Shown here: piece by piece, positions 29,301-38,456 of the stretch
Numbering within the stretch: position 1 is the stretch's first letter
How the letters are laid out: the number at the start of each line of letters is the position of its first letter
From: a virus
Lineage: Duplodnaviria; Caudoviricetes
Strand: one strand, 5' to 3'
IMG/VR virus record: IMGVR_UViG_3300025168_000148
Span: 1-46,761 of that record
DNA length: 46,761 nucleotides
Translations under genes and position numbers: made by a program
The notes under the pieces: generated by a model
The model's database searches: none
What the model was told of the DNA's origin: nothing
Seen by the model: only the letters and a program-made list of their open reading frames with translations

Positions 29301-32300
29301 AATACAAAAAGAAATACCTAATTACGAGCCTACTACATTAGATATAAGACCATTATATAGATATGGTTCTGGCGTTATAGCGTCATCTATAGTTAAAGAT
29401 ATAGTTAATAAAAAGTTTCCTGGAGCAAAAGGCGTATTAACATACGACAAACTGTTAACTGATTTTGGTGAAGAAGCCTCTTCTTTGGCTATAGGAGCTA
29501 CTGTATTTATTAATATAGACTCAGTAGCACAAACAGATATAATTCACGAAGCTGGACATATCTATTATAGTTTAATGGAAGATACTCCATTAATGAAAAG
29601 AATTAAAAAGCTTTTACCTAAATCAGAACTATACCAAAGAACTAAACAAGACTATCCAGAGCTTACTTTAATGAAGTTTAAAGGCCTTAATATGACATTA
29701 GGTCTTATATATAGAAATATACTTAATAACTCTGATCCTGTAAATTATACAAGTGATATAATTGATATTGTAAATAATATTGCTGCTGCTGAAAAAGCAG
29801 AAGATAGTGCTAGAGTTAATGATTTATTCTTATCACTTAGAACACAAATTAAAGTAAATGGTGGTAAAGATGTTAGGGTAGACCAACAAAAACATTTACT
29901 TGAAGAAACATTTACAAGAACATTAGAGTCATTCTCATATGGTACAGTAGATGCTGTTGTAAAGGGTTCTGCTGCTCAGAAACAATTAGAAAAAGATTTA
30001 ATAGAGTTTTATAAAGAAAGTAAAAAGTTAGCTACTGATGAAGAAGCTAGACAAATACTAGATCTTACTGTAGAGGGTATAGCTGGATTAGATTTAGAGA
30101 ATGCTATAAAAGCTGTGCTACTTAATTTTAACTCTGCTGACAGAACAGTACCTTATGTATTGAACTCTGCATATGGCCCTATTAATAAAGCTAATAAGAA
30201 GCAATTTCAAAAAGCATCTTCTTATGCTGCTGTATCTTCTTACATTGGAGACTTTATAGGGCTTAAATTAACTGATGAGCAAATAACTGAAAAGGTTATG
30301 CAGGCTATAGCTGACGATTCTAATCTAACTATAAAAGATGAGTTAGTAGAAACTACTAGAGAGCAAGTTAAAGCTATTATAATACAACTTAAAAGACCAA
30401 AAGCATTAAAAGAAGCAGATATAATATTAGACGCAGAATTAGCTAAAATTGGTATTAAGATAGATCAAAAAGAAGAAGACACAACTATAGACTCAGAAAG
30501 TATAGAAGGGTTTGATGATCTAAAAAAGGCTATTGCGCTACCAACTACTACAACTAACTTTATTAAAAAGATAGTAGAGGTATATAATAGCAAGCAAGAA
30601 GAAGGCGGCTTAATTAATACCAAAGAATTATTAGCTACTCTTATGTCTTTAGCAAAGGATACACAAAACGATCCGTATGACTTTATACCTAAACTTAGAA
30701 AGTCTAGCAACCCTAATATAACAGCAATGCTTAGTGTATTAGATAGAGTATACAAGAATGATAAGGCTCTTACTAATGCTAAGTTAATGGAAATTAAAGG
30801 CCCTATTGAAGGTATTAATATAGAGGTGTTGCAACATAATGTTTTGACTATTGGTGATGAGGGTAAAAGATTTTGGAATCAATACGAAGACACCAGTGCG
30901 ACTATTGAAAAGAGTGTAATAGACAGCATTTCTAAAGAAATTAAAGGAAACAAACAGAAAGCAAATGAAATTGCTGCTATATATAATGAATTGTTTTTTA
31001 CAAGAAATCCAAAAAGCGCTAATGACAGATATAATGCTGCAAAAAAAGTATTAGACGTTATATTAGATGATAATGCAAAAGGTAGTTTAATTAATAAAGA
31101 ATCATTATTGCAAACAGAAATATTGTTTAAAGGACAAAGACAGTTTGTGTGGAACGTATTGTTTGAGCACACTTTACACCCAACATTTAAAACGCCACAA
31201 CTTAAGTATTCTTTAATGAAGTATAAGAATAAAAAGGAAGGTTTTTCTGACTTTGTTAATTTTCCAGTAGAAGGACTGATACATGGCAAGCAATCAGAAC
31301 TTAAAACTATTTTATTACAAGGTCTTGTAGCGTCTAGAGCGATTAACTATTTATCTATGGTAGACAATGTAGATCAAGATGGTGTTAGTGTATTTAATAA
31401 AGAGAACGGATTGCACAATAGAGCTAAGAATGTAGAAAAGATTATTAATGAAGACGTGTTTATTGATAAGAATGATATTATGCATCCTGATAATAATATA
31501 TATAGTCAATTAGCATTTCTTAATAAAAACGATAGAGGAGTAAAGACATTCCATTTCAAAGTACACTCTGGTATGATGAGGCGTATTATTAATAAAGCTG
31601 TTGGTTTACAAAATAAAGAAGATAGAGCTAAAAAGCTTACTAGTGTAAATCCTAACGAATTAATAGCTGGAGACTTCTTTATGTTTTTAAATAGATATAA
31701 TCAAGGCATTAAGAGTAAACAAGAAACTATTATATATGATCAGGCTATTGCAGTGTTTTCTGATAAAAGCAGAAGGTATTATATAGAAAGTATAGCCGCT
31801 CATAATCCTAAAAGTAGAAAAGCACTATTGTCTAGAGTAAAAAATAATCCTGCTTACAATGCCAAATATAAAGATGGTAGCCGTGTATTTCCTTATACTA
31901 TTGAAAAGAATAAGATAAAAGAAATGCCAAAGCTAATTAAGCAATGGAGGGAATATGCTAATAACAATAAAGAGTTATTTAAAAATAACGAAGCTATTAA
32001 AAAAGGCGTATTGCAAGATGGCGCTGTAGAAGCATTTTTAACTTCTTATATAGCTAATAAGTTTATGGCTCAACAATTATTTGTACACGACCATAGACAG
32101 TCTAAAAATCAAGTAGACTATATTAAACGTGCTGCTGGGGCTATTGCTAGTCATGTAGTATTTGATAGAAATACTTCTGTAGAGTTTGTTGTTACTAAAG
32201 ATTACTATGTAGACAAAGAAGGCAATGTAGGAACAGAAGACAATGCTAATACTGCTATTGAGAACGATGCAATGGGATATGTATTACCTGAACAAGCAAA

Positions 32301-35300
32301 GTTTATTAGAGCTAAATATGGTGAAGCACAAAAAGTTGGTAATGTGTTTAAGTTTGTATATCATTACACGCAACTTGAAGGGCCATTAAAAGGCAGAACT
32401 ACATATATGAAGTTTGCTGTACACACACTTACCCCTGAGTTAGAAGCTACAAGTTCTTATCTTAAAAATATAGGCGATATTCTTAGAAGAAGAAAAGAAG
32501 ATGTTGGCAAGGGTAATTTAGTTATTGCTGCATCCGAATCAGCAGCTAAACTATACACAGGAGAAGATAAATACATACACGATATAACTACTATAGATAA
32601 CATGGAAGATATAGTAGACAAGCAAAAAGAAATATACGAAGATAATACTGGATACATTGGCTTATCAGGAGAAGGATTTGGTATACAGCTAGAGTTAGAC
32701 AAACAAACAGATGAAAGATTTTTTCCTTCTCAATTATTTTACAACTTAGCAACTAATATAAAAGAAGAAGATCAAGCTGATTTAAATAGAATGCTAGAGT
32801 TAAGACAAAATGTAATGGAAGCTAATAATTCTAGCAGAAACGCTAGTCTTATAATGAATGACAAAGCTACTGAAGCCACTGTATTAACAGAAAGAGATTC
32901 GTTTAAGTCATCTGTAACTGCTGAGGTGTTTGATGTACTTATAGATAACACATATGATAATCTTGATCCTAGATATCCTTATCTTAACGCTATACATAAC
33001 TCTATAGCTACAGGCCGTATTACACACAAAGGAACTAAGATGTATACTAAAGGATCTATAGGGTATCAATCTGCTAGTTTAGGTATGGGGTTGAAGTCTT
33101 ATGAAAAAGGATTATATGCAGCAGACGAAAGTATAGTTGCTTCTGAAGCTATAGTTCCTGGATACTTACAAAAACAAGGAGTTAAGAAAGGAGATTTATT
33201 TATTGGAACAAGAGTTCCTGCTCACGGTAAAGTAAGTAGCTCTGTATTTGTAGTAAAAGATTTTCACAAACAAATAGGAGATTCTCCAACATCTAATATA
33301 ACTATACCAGCATGGGTAAGTAAGTATTGGGGTGCTGATTTAGATGGAGACTCTATACATATGAACTTTAAATGGACACAAGCAGAGGTTGCTAAAAAAG
33401 CATGGAGAGCAGACTCTAATGAGTTTTTTGATTTATATACTAAGCTAGTAAGTAAAGATGATAAGCAAAGTGAAATACAAGCTGATATTGATTTTATATC
33501 TGATGCAGAAAATGCTATTAATAAAATACCAGGACTAAAAGAGACTGACTCACAACTAGCGCCATGGGGTGATGCTCAGATGTTTGAAGACAATGTACCT
33601 GCAAAAGCATTAGTAGGTATGATTGCATCTTTAATGAGATCATTTAGTGTATTCTCTAATAGTAGAGACCCATTACCTTTTGCTATAACTATAAAAGGAG
33701 AAAGCGAAGCTGTAACAAGAGAAACATTTTTTGATGATGCAAACTTAGAAAATGGTGTAGGTAACTGGTATGGTGTAGCGCAACTTCTTAATATATCTTT
33801 AGATAATGCAAAACATCAATACGCTAGTAAGTTAGGTATGGATATGCAGAGTGTATTTCCTTATGTATTACTTAGAAGGCTTGGTTATTCTTTGAATGAC
33901 TTAGCTGTTTTATTTAATTCTCCTATAGTCAAAAAGTATATGGAGTTTAAAAGAAATAGCAGTAAAGATTACATATCAAGAGATAGTGATATAAATGATA
34001 TGTTTATTAAGAAAGATGGTATAAATGAAAATCAATTATTAAAATTTGCTAAAGAAAGTGGATTAGGAAATATAGACATAAAAGGTTTTGTTAAAAATCC
34101 TTCTATTAATATAAATTTAAAAAGCTTAAATAACACTAAGTCTGTACAAAAGCAAGCTATATTAATGCTATATGCTTTAGATAAATTTAAAGACGCTGCT
34201 GTAGACCCTATATCAAAAGCATTTACTGTACACCAAAGCATTGAAAAGAATCCTTTAGAATTAAAGCAAATATTAGAAGGTATTAACGATGCACAAGGAC
34301 TTGTTAGAATACCTTTATTAGGTAAAGCAGGTTTAGATTATTCTTTTACAGACACAACTAAAAGTAATAATATTATAGATCATGCTACTAATTTATTTGA
34401 ATCTATACTACAAAGAGCCGCTAAAACAGATATAAGATACACTCCTTATATGCAAAATATATTAACAACCCCTATGGCTTTAAGTAAATTAAATAAGCTA
34501 GGAGAGATAAAGTCTGAAGTTATTAATCAAGTTGTAGTAAATAATTTAAGACAACAGTTTAGTATGCTTAATAATGTTAGAAGTGAAAACGAATTAATTA
34601 AAGAGTTTGAATTATTACAAGGACGTAATAAAGACAATTACTTTTTAAATAAAGTTATTGATTTATCTGAACGAGGTAATAAAAAATATATTGTACTTAA
34701 TAGAGCAGAAATAACAGACTTTACTTCTTATAAAGCTGTAGAACAAATTAAAGAATCATTTGCAACATTACCTGAAGCAGATAAAAACTTAATGTTTGAG
34801 ATAGAGTATATGTTTAATCGTTTTGGTTTATCTGGTGGTGCTGGTAAAGCTACATCATTTATACCTTTCTTTGATAATGAGTATGTAGATAAAATTAACA
34901 AAGAGATGTCTAGAATTATAGAAGACAATCAAACTAAACAAGGAAACTATGATTCAGGTTCTATTTCTGTAGAGTTACAAGATGCTATTAAAGATGTTGA
35001 AAGACGTAAGTCTGGTAAAGAAAATTATAGTGTTAATGATAAAATAAAACTAGAGGCAAGAAACAATAATTCTTTTATAGCTCCTGTAAGAAAAGCCAAA
35101 AAAGTTATTACACCTGACACATCTTACAATAACGACTACTTAGGTAGCGGTGTTGAGTTTTTACTTTTTGAAACATGGGCTAATGATAAGGGTATTGATA
35201 TATCTAAGATAGATAGAGATTCAGATACATTTGCTACTTTGTCTGAAAACTACACTAAATATAGAAATCATTTTAATTTAGTAAGAGAGTTTGAAGCAGG

Positions 35301-37665
35301 GTTAGAAAAAAAACCATTAAGTAAATATACAATAGAAGGATTATATGATATAGCTAAAGATTTTAGAAAGATGGATAATTCTGCTACTAAAGGTATAGCA
35401 TATGCAATAGAAAAAGAAATAGGGCAAAGAGCATTTAAAGAGCAAGCTGCATTTTTAAGACAAAAAGGAAAAGAACAGGGTTATGATTATAAAATACCTG
35501 GAGTAGACGGAACTCCGCAAGATGATTTAACTGGCTTTCAAGCATGGTTAGGATCTAATAATATGACATCTAAAAGACCAGAGATACAATATTTAATTAA
35601 TGAAGCTCAGACACAATATAGAAAATATTTAAAAAGCTTTAAAGAGCATAAGAATTTAATAGAAGAAAAGAAAACTGCTTTAGTTAAATCAAAAATGAAA
35701 GGTCTTAATATACTAGAAAGAGTAAGGCAAGGTTTTGATACTAATTTCCGCTATCAATATATATATGGTAATATAGCTACTGTGTCAAATGGTAATGTTA
35801 GATTATTCACTGAAGAAGAGATAGTAGAGAATGGTGTAGAGCTAACAAAACAAGAAGAAGAATATTACATTAGATATAAAGCTGTTGCTGAAATACTAAT
35901 AGGATCACAAAATGGTAGAACAATAGTTAATGGACTACCAATGGGAAATTTAGAAAACTTATCTAGAAGCGGTTTATTTGGCCTTTACAGCTCTATGATT
36001 GATTCAAGTGATTACAATAAGGTTAAAGTCTACGGAATAGACAAAGATGGCAACAGGGCTTTAAAAACGTTTTATGAATGGAAGTACGATGTATATAAAG
36101 GTAGGACTGGTAAGTTAAAACTAAAGTCTGGTAAAGAAATATTTGAGTTAGATAAACTAAGAAGAAAAGCTAAACAGTTAAAAGCTAAAAATAAAAACGA
36201 AGATGGTAGTGATATTATTTTAACTGACATGGAATATGATTCTTTAGTTAATGATAATGAAATGATGAAAAGATTAATTGGCTCTAATAGTAATAATAGT
36301 TTAGATGCGGAATTGATAGAAGAGTATGAAAGACGAAGAGGTGTTAGAGCGCAAAATATATCTTATGATGTTCACAGTACACTTTTAGAGTTTGCTAGAT
36401 CTAGTATATTTAAAAATGGAGAAGGTCAGTATAAAATGGAAGATGGCGCTATAGTAGAAAGAGAAGATCGTTTTGCTGGCATGGGTGACTTAGCAATACT
36501 TACAGATTCTATTATAGCTTTTAATAAAAACTTAGACAACAAGAATGCAACAAGATATGTAACTGAGTGGTGGAAAGAAGGATTCCTAGAAAAGAAACAG
36601 CAAACAAGTCCATTAGGGGCTAGAGCAGATAAAGTTATAAATGCGTTTGTTAAGTTAACATCATTACGATTACTTGGATTTAATGTTACTGTTGGTATAG
36701 GTAATTTATTAGCTGGTAAATATCAAGAATTACGTAAAAGAGGTGGTAAGCAATTTATAAGGGGAGAGTCTAGATTTTGGAAAGACTCTAAAAAGTCTCA
36801 AAAAATATTAAAAGAAAATAGAATAGTAGAATATAGTTTTGATGAATTTATACATCTATCTAATCCAAAAGGTTTTGCTGGTACAATAGAAAGAGCAGCT
36901 TACTGGTTTATGGATCAATCAGAAGGGTATATACAGGGTGCTGCTTTTTTAGGAGAGTTAACAGATGAAGAGTATGCTACAGGAAATATATCAGAACAAA
37001 GAGTTATGAATATTAATCATAAGATATCTACACTACACGGAGAAGGATATACAGCTTTAGACGCTAACTTACTTTCTATGTATTCTTATGGTAGAGCGTT
37101 ACTACAATTTAAAAAATGGTTTATTACTTTATTTCAAGACAGATTTAAAGCTGAAGATATAGATAGATTTGGAGATGTAAACATTGGAAGTTATAGAGCA
37201 AGCTCTGAATTTATTACAGATTTATTTAGAAATTACTTTGCAGGCAATATAACTAAGAAAGAAATAATAGATATATATAATAAATCTAGTGAAGAAAGAA
37301 AGAAAGGTATGAGAGCTCATATAGCTGGTTTAGGTATAGGAGTTACTTTATTGTCTTTAATTGCTATAATGGAAGATGACGATGAGCCAGACACTAAAAC
37401 ACTTAGAACGTTAAAAAAGTTTTCTCATGATGTATTTGTTACTACAGACTTAAGAAGATTTGTTAATTACACTATAGTTCCTGCTTCTACTAGTACAGTA
37501 CAAAATGCAGCTAAAGCTATATATCAAGCTGCTGCAGGAGATAAAGTGCAACGTAAAAGCGCTTATGCAGACAAAGGATCTTCTTTAGCTAAGAAAACAT
37601 TACTCACTGAAGTAGTACCTTATGCAGAAGCCAGAAAGAAATACTTAAACACTATATATAATTAA
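26392..37665 (+). CDS. virion-packaged DNA-dependent RNA polymerase polyprotein (two-barrel) with zincin domain
   Basis: Catalytic WGADLDGDS (DxDGD at 33337..33351) preceded by TRVPAHG (RxP); ENDAMGYV...KFV and ESAAK segments; HEAGH zincin motif at 29545..29559. Size and position match crAss/phi14:2 virion RNAPs. Confidence 0.88.
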   Translation: MAEDYTSGLNILLGNANPPTTQPQSPEQDLQSQYDSQMNTEPSGFSQLLGSVSTMPEQNIELDRYTRGMAADQMGDQQYAGLDRLREGAAPEQQFADPAEMISSAGQRVERGLKAGWGDLVAGTGDTIDFVTALVSPGEGDLTTSVGSYLKKVGTEYQKENALILSEDLQDITWDDMFKGEFWSSKISRLVPYAASFIIPYAGGSMMAGRLLGRYGPTALKYASKTGAFGKMAQGVKLTGAGEKGFKGVKGTGALGKLGVDLGKAGYAPTKLARNISGYIGGGATANLFEGAYLAGEAYQEMANDVDDNGNPLFTPEEAASHAAGVMGDNAKWMGVDILQYGILFGGAGRGLMGKVLRSPITKTPFGKNMKPLTGMLMRRVVPNLPAAAAYASVEGITEGFQEVYQEWAKYKNIQQANNKGYDSAMSWLREAPFGEDRPELRDIFWSSVGLGGAMGGARGYFDAAAERKHLTDKKIDSYNNAIDIFKKSQKDMNMDEADAYQKAIDNLIASNIWNYSGDGSAAMSIVDNLVKDNKISEEHGLEYKARIELAERDYEKHHVNSSLTEAGAEAAFNLEMVKTRIEGQMAGDIQEYNETVEKQKSIIKDKKELADKLKVLEDFHNKTLEGYINDLAEVDQSIEDIYTAKVDRAPIAKSTGKRDSRFKKQGLKKADFEDYTQEGEKQKTEREKAEAKTKAEEKTGILETVKDLGSKAVEGVKGLFGKAKDKAQSPETKEAIKKVKDYTKNEITPTAKEYLVKLLEAGKIAATTVASIVGTGINKIINRGDVDKAVKKEEKAESKEKSKESDKDVKKKDQRQIIPKTKEYKTTEASLKKGTRQIKKADIQKGTGPNYFIKTPEGETIQYRDFDNISDKYVLDEDANVELRLIKPVKGQEGIVEVDGKLYFQFDNNLYETEIQVVINDEVVGKVAQRDFKDKGPTKKAKKKDKRKIDQLIGAVKESKEKIKKYLTRIQKEIPNYEPTTLDIRPLYRYGSGVIASSIVKDIVNKKFPGAKGVLTYDKLLTDFGEEASSLAIGATVFINIDSVAQTDIIHEAGHIYYSLMEDTPLMKRIKKLLPKSELYQRTKQDYPELTLMKFKGLNMTLGLIYRNILNNSDPVNYTSDIIDIVNNIAAAEKAEDSARVNDLFLSLRTQIKVNGGKDVRVDQQKHLLEETFTRTLESFSYGTVDAVVKGSAAQKQLEKDLIEFYKESKKLATDEEARQILDLTVEGIAGLDLENAIKAVLLNFNSADRTVPYVLNSAYGPINKANKKQFQKASSYAAVSSYIGDFIGLKLTDEQITEKVMQAIADDSNLTIKDELVETTREQVKAIIIQLKRPKALKEADIILDAELAKIGIKIDQKEEDTTIDSESIEGFDDLKKAIALPTTTTNFIKKIVEVYNSKQEEGGLINTKELLATLMSLAKDTQNDPYDFIPKLRKSSNPNITAMLSVLDRVYKNDKALTNAKLMEIKGPIEGINIEVLQHNVLTIGDEGKRFWNQYEDTSATIEKSVIDSISKEIKGNKQKANEIAAIYNELFFTRNPKSANDRYNAAKKVLDVILDDNAKGSLINKESLLQTEILFKGQRQFVWNVLFEHTLHPTFKTPQLKYSLMKYKNKKEGFSDFVNFPVEGLIHGKQSELKTILLQGLVASRAINYLSMVDNVDQDGVSVFNKENGLHNRAKNVEKIINEDVFIDKNDIMHPDNNIYSQLAFLNKNDRGVKTFHFKVHSGMMRRIINKAVGLQNKEDRAKKLTSVNPNELIAGDFFMFLNRYNQGIKSKQETIIYDQAIAVFSDKSRRYYIESIAAHNPKSRKALLSRVKNNPAYNAKYKDGSRVFPYTIEKNKIKEMPKLIKQWREYANNNKELFKNNEAIKKGVLQDGAVEAFLTSYIANKFMAQQLFVHDHRQSKNQVDYIKRAAGAIASHVVFDRNTSVEFVVTKDYYVDKEGNVGTEDNANTAIENDAMGYVLPEQAKFIRAKYGEAQKVGNVFKFVYHYTQLEGPLKGRTTYMKFAVHTLTPELEATSSYLKNIGDILRRRKEDVGKGNLVIAASESAAKLYTGEDKYIHDITTIDNMEDIVDKQKEIYEDNTGYIGLSGEGFGIQLELDKQTDERFFPSQLFYNLATNIKEEDQADLNRMLELRQNVMEANNSSRNASLIMNDKATEATVLTERDSFKSSVTAEVFDVLIDNTYDNLDPRYPYLNAIHNSIATGRITHKGTKMYTKGSIGYQSASLGMGLKSYEKGLYAADESIVASEAIVPGYLQKQGVKKGDLFIGTRVPAHGKVSSSVFVVKDFHKQIGDSPTSNITIPAWVSKYWGADLDGDSIHMNFKWTQAEVAKKAWRADSNEFFDLYTKLVSKDDKQSEIQADIDFISDAENAINKIPGLKETDSQLAPWGDAQMFEDNVPAKALVGMIASLMRSFSVFSNSRDPLPFAITIKGESEAVTRETFFDDANLENGVGNWYGVAQLLNISLDNAKHQYASKLGMDMQSVFPYVLLRRLGYSLNDLAVLFNSPIVKKYMEFKRNSSKDYISRDSDINDMFIKKDGINENQLLKFAKESGLGNIDIKGFVKNPSININLKSLNNTKSVQKQAILMLYALDKFKDAAVDPISKAFTVHQSIEKNPLELKQILEGINDAQGLVRIPLLGKAGLDYSFTDTTKSNNIIDHATNLFESILQRAAKTDIRYTPYMQNILTTPMALSKLNKLGEIKSEVINQVVVNNLRQQFSMLNNVRSENELIKEFELLQGRNKDNYFLNKVIDLSERGNKKYIVLNRAEITDFTSYKAVEQIKESFATLPEADKNLMFEIEYMFNRFGLSGGAGKATSFIPFFDNEYVDKINKEMSRIIEDNQTKQGNYDSGSISVELQDAIKDVERRKSGKENYSVNDKIKLEARNNNSFIAPVRKAKKVITPDTSYNNDYLGSGVEFLLFETWANDKGIDISKIDRDSDTFATLSENYTKYRNHFNLVREFEAGLEKKPLSKYTIEGLYDIAKDFRKMDNSATKGIAYAIEKEIGQRAFKEQAAFLRQKGKEQGYDYKIPGVDGTPQDDLTGFQAWLGSNNMTSKRPEIQYLINEAQTQYRKYLKSFKEHKNLIEEKKTALVKSKMKGLNILERVRQGFDTNFRYQYIYGNIATVSNGNVRLFTEEEIVENGVELTKQEEEYYIRYKAVAEILIGSQNGRTIVNGLPMGNLENLSRSGLFGLYSSMIDSSDYNKVKVYGIDKDGNRALKTFYEWKYDVYKGRTGKLKLKSGKEIFELDKLRRKAKQLKAKNKNEDGSDIILTDMEYDSLVNDNEMMKRLIGSNSNNSLDAELIEEYERRRGVRAQNISYDVHSTLLEFARSSIFKNGEGQYKMEDGAIVEREDRFAGMGDLAILTDSIIAFNKNLDNKNATRYVTEWWKEGFLEKKQQTSPLGARADKVINAFVKLTSLRLLGFNVTVGIGNLLAGKYQELRKRGGKQFIRGESRFWKDSKKSQKILKENRIVEYSFDEFIHLSNPKGFAGTIERAAYWFMDQSEGYIQGAAFLGELTDEEYATGNISEQRVMNINHKISTLHGEGYTALDANLLSMYSYGRALLQFKKWFITLFQDRFKAEDIDRFGDVNIGSYRASSEFITDLFRNYFAGNITKKEIIDIYNKSSEERKKGMRAHIAGLGIGVTLLSLIAIMEDDDEPDTKTLRTLKKFSHDVFVTTDLRRFVNYTIVPASTSTVQNAAKAIYQAAAGDKVQRKSAYADKGSSLAKKTLLTEVVPYAEARKKYLNTIYN

Positions 37666-37680
37666 ATAATATAAAATGAT

Positions 37681-37688
37681 TATATTTG
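37681..37688 (+). promoter_or_regulatory. Bacteroidota-type -7 promoter element (TATATTTG)
   Basis: TAnnTTTG match in the intergenic gap, 14 nt before ATG 37703. Confidence 0.55.
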
Positions 37689-37702
37689 TAAAAATTTAAA
37701 AC

Positions 37703-38077
37703 ATGAACGTAAACGACTTATATAAAGCATCTTTTGGACAATTTGGTTCTGTATATTTAAATGGTGATGGAGCAAAATTAGATTTAAATGGCTCTACTAC
37801 TAATAGATATATTATAGCTATTCAATTTATGGAGGACACTACATTTGAAGATATTCAAACCTTAGATGGTGTTGTAAGCTCTATTACAGATGTAACTGCA
37901 GAATTAGATGTAGGGGGAGAGTTTGGAGCGGTAACTAATGAATCAACTACTTCAGATCAAGAAACAATTACAACATCTCATACATTTCCAAAAGGAATTA
38001 CCATTTATGGTAAATGGGATTATATAGAATTAAACGGAGGATCTTGTGTGTGTTACTTGGCTCCAGTAGGATATTAA
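37703..38077 (+). CDS. putative virion accessory protein, paralog A1 (124 aa)
   Basis: Shares FGQxGS, IAIxFxxDTT and FPKGITIxGxW with the next gene. Confidence 0.75.
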   Translation: MNVNDLYKASFGQFGSVYLNGDGAKLDLNGSTTNRYIIAIQFMEDTTFEDIQTLDGVVSSITDVTAELDVGGEFGAVTNESTTSDQETITTSHTFPKGITIYGKWDYIELNGGSCVCYLAPVGY

Positions 38078-38099
38078 TATTAATTAAAATAAAAATAAA

Positions 38100-38456
38100 A
38101 TGGCAAATGTAGACGATTTAGTAAAGAAAGGTTTTGGGCAACTAGGATCTATATTTACATCTGTAGACGGGGCAATCACACCTCCAACTAATAAGGTATT
38201 TATAGCTATAACTTTTTTATCAGATACAACTCTTGATTCTTCTGGAGGATTAGTTGCTGATACTAATCATAATAGTTGTGAATTTGCTGGCACTACTGTG
38301 GCTGCTCATGATGCATCTACAGCAACTACCAATTCTGGTACTGGTGGAGACGCAGTAGATGTTAATGATATTTTTCCTAAGGGCATAACTATTTTTGGTA
38401 GATGGACAGAAATAGATGTCGGCTCAGGAATGATTATTGCTTATATAGGAGAGTAA
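38100..38456 (+). CDS. putative virion accessory protein, paralog A2 (118 aa)
   Basis: Tandem paralog of 37703..38077. Confidence 0.75.
   Translation: MANVDDLVKKGFGQLGSIFTSVDGAITPPTNKVFIAITFLSDTTLDSSGGLVADTNHNSCEFAGTTVAAHDASTATTNSGTGGDAVDVNDIFPKGITIFGRWTEIDVGSGMIIAYIGE

Noticed and set aside
1512-37665. Introns or inteins in TerL, MCP or RNAP
   Set aside because: The reading frames are uninterrupted, and I saw no intein splice-junction or homing-endonuclease motifs. A subtle intein in the giant proteins cannot be fully excluded by eye.
38402-38455. Track start of the first LamG gene at 38402
   Set aside because: It overlaps the upstream gene by 55 nt with an implausible peptide. ATG 38456 gives TAATG coupling and matches the paralog N-terminus.
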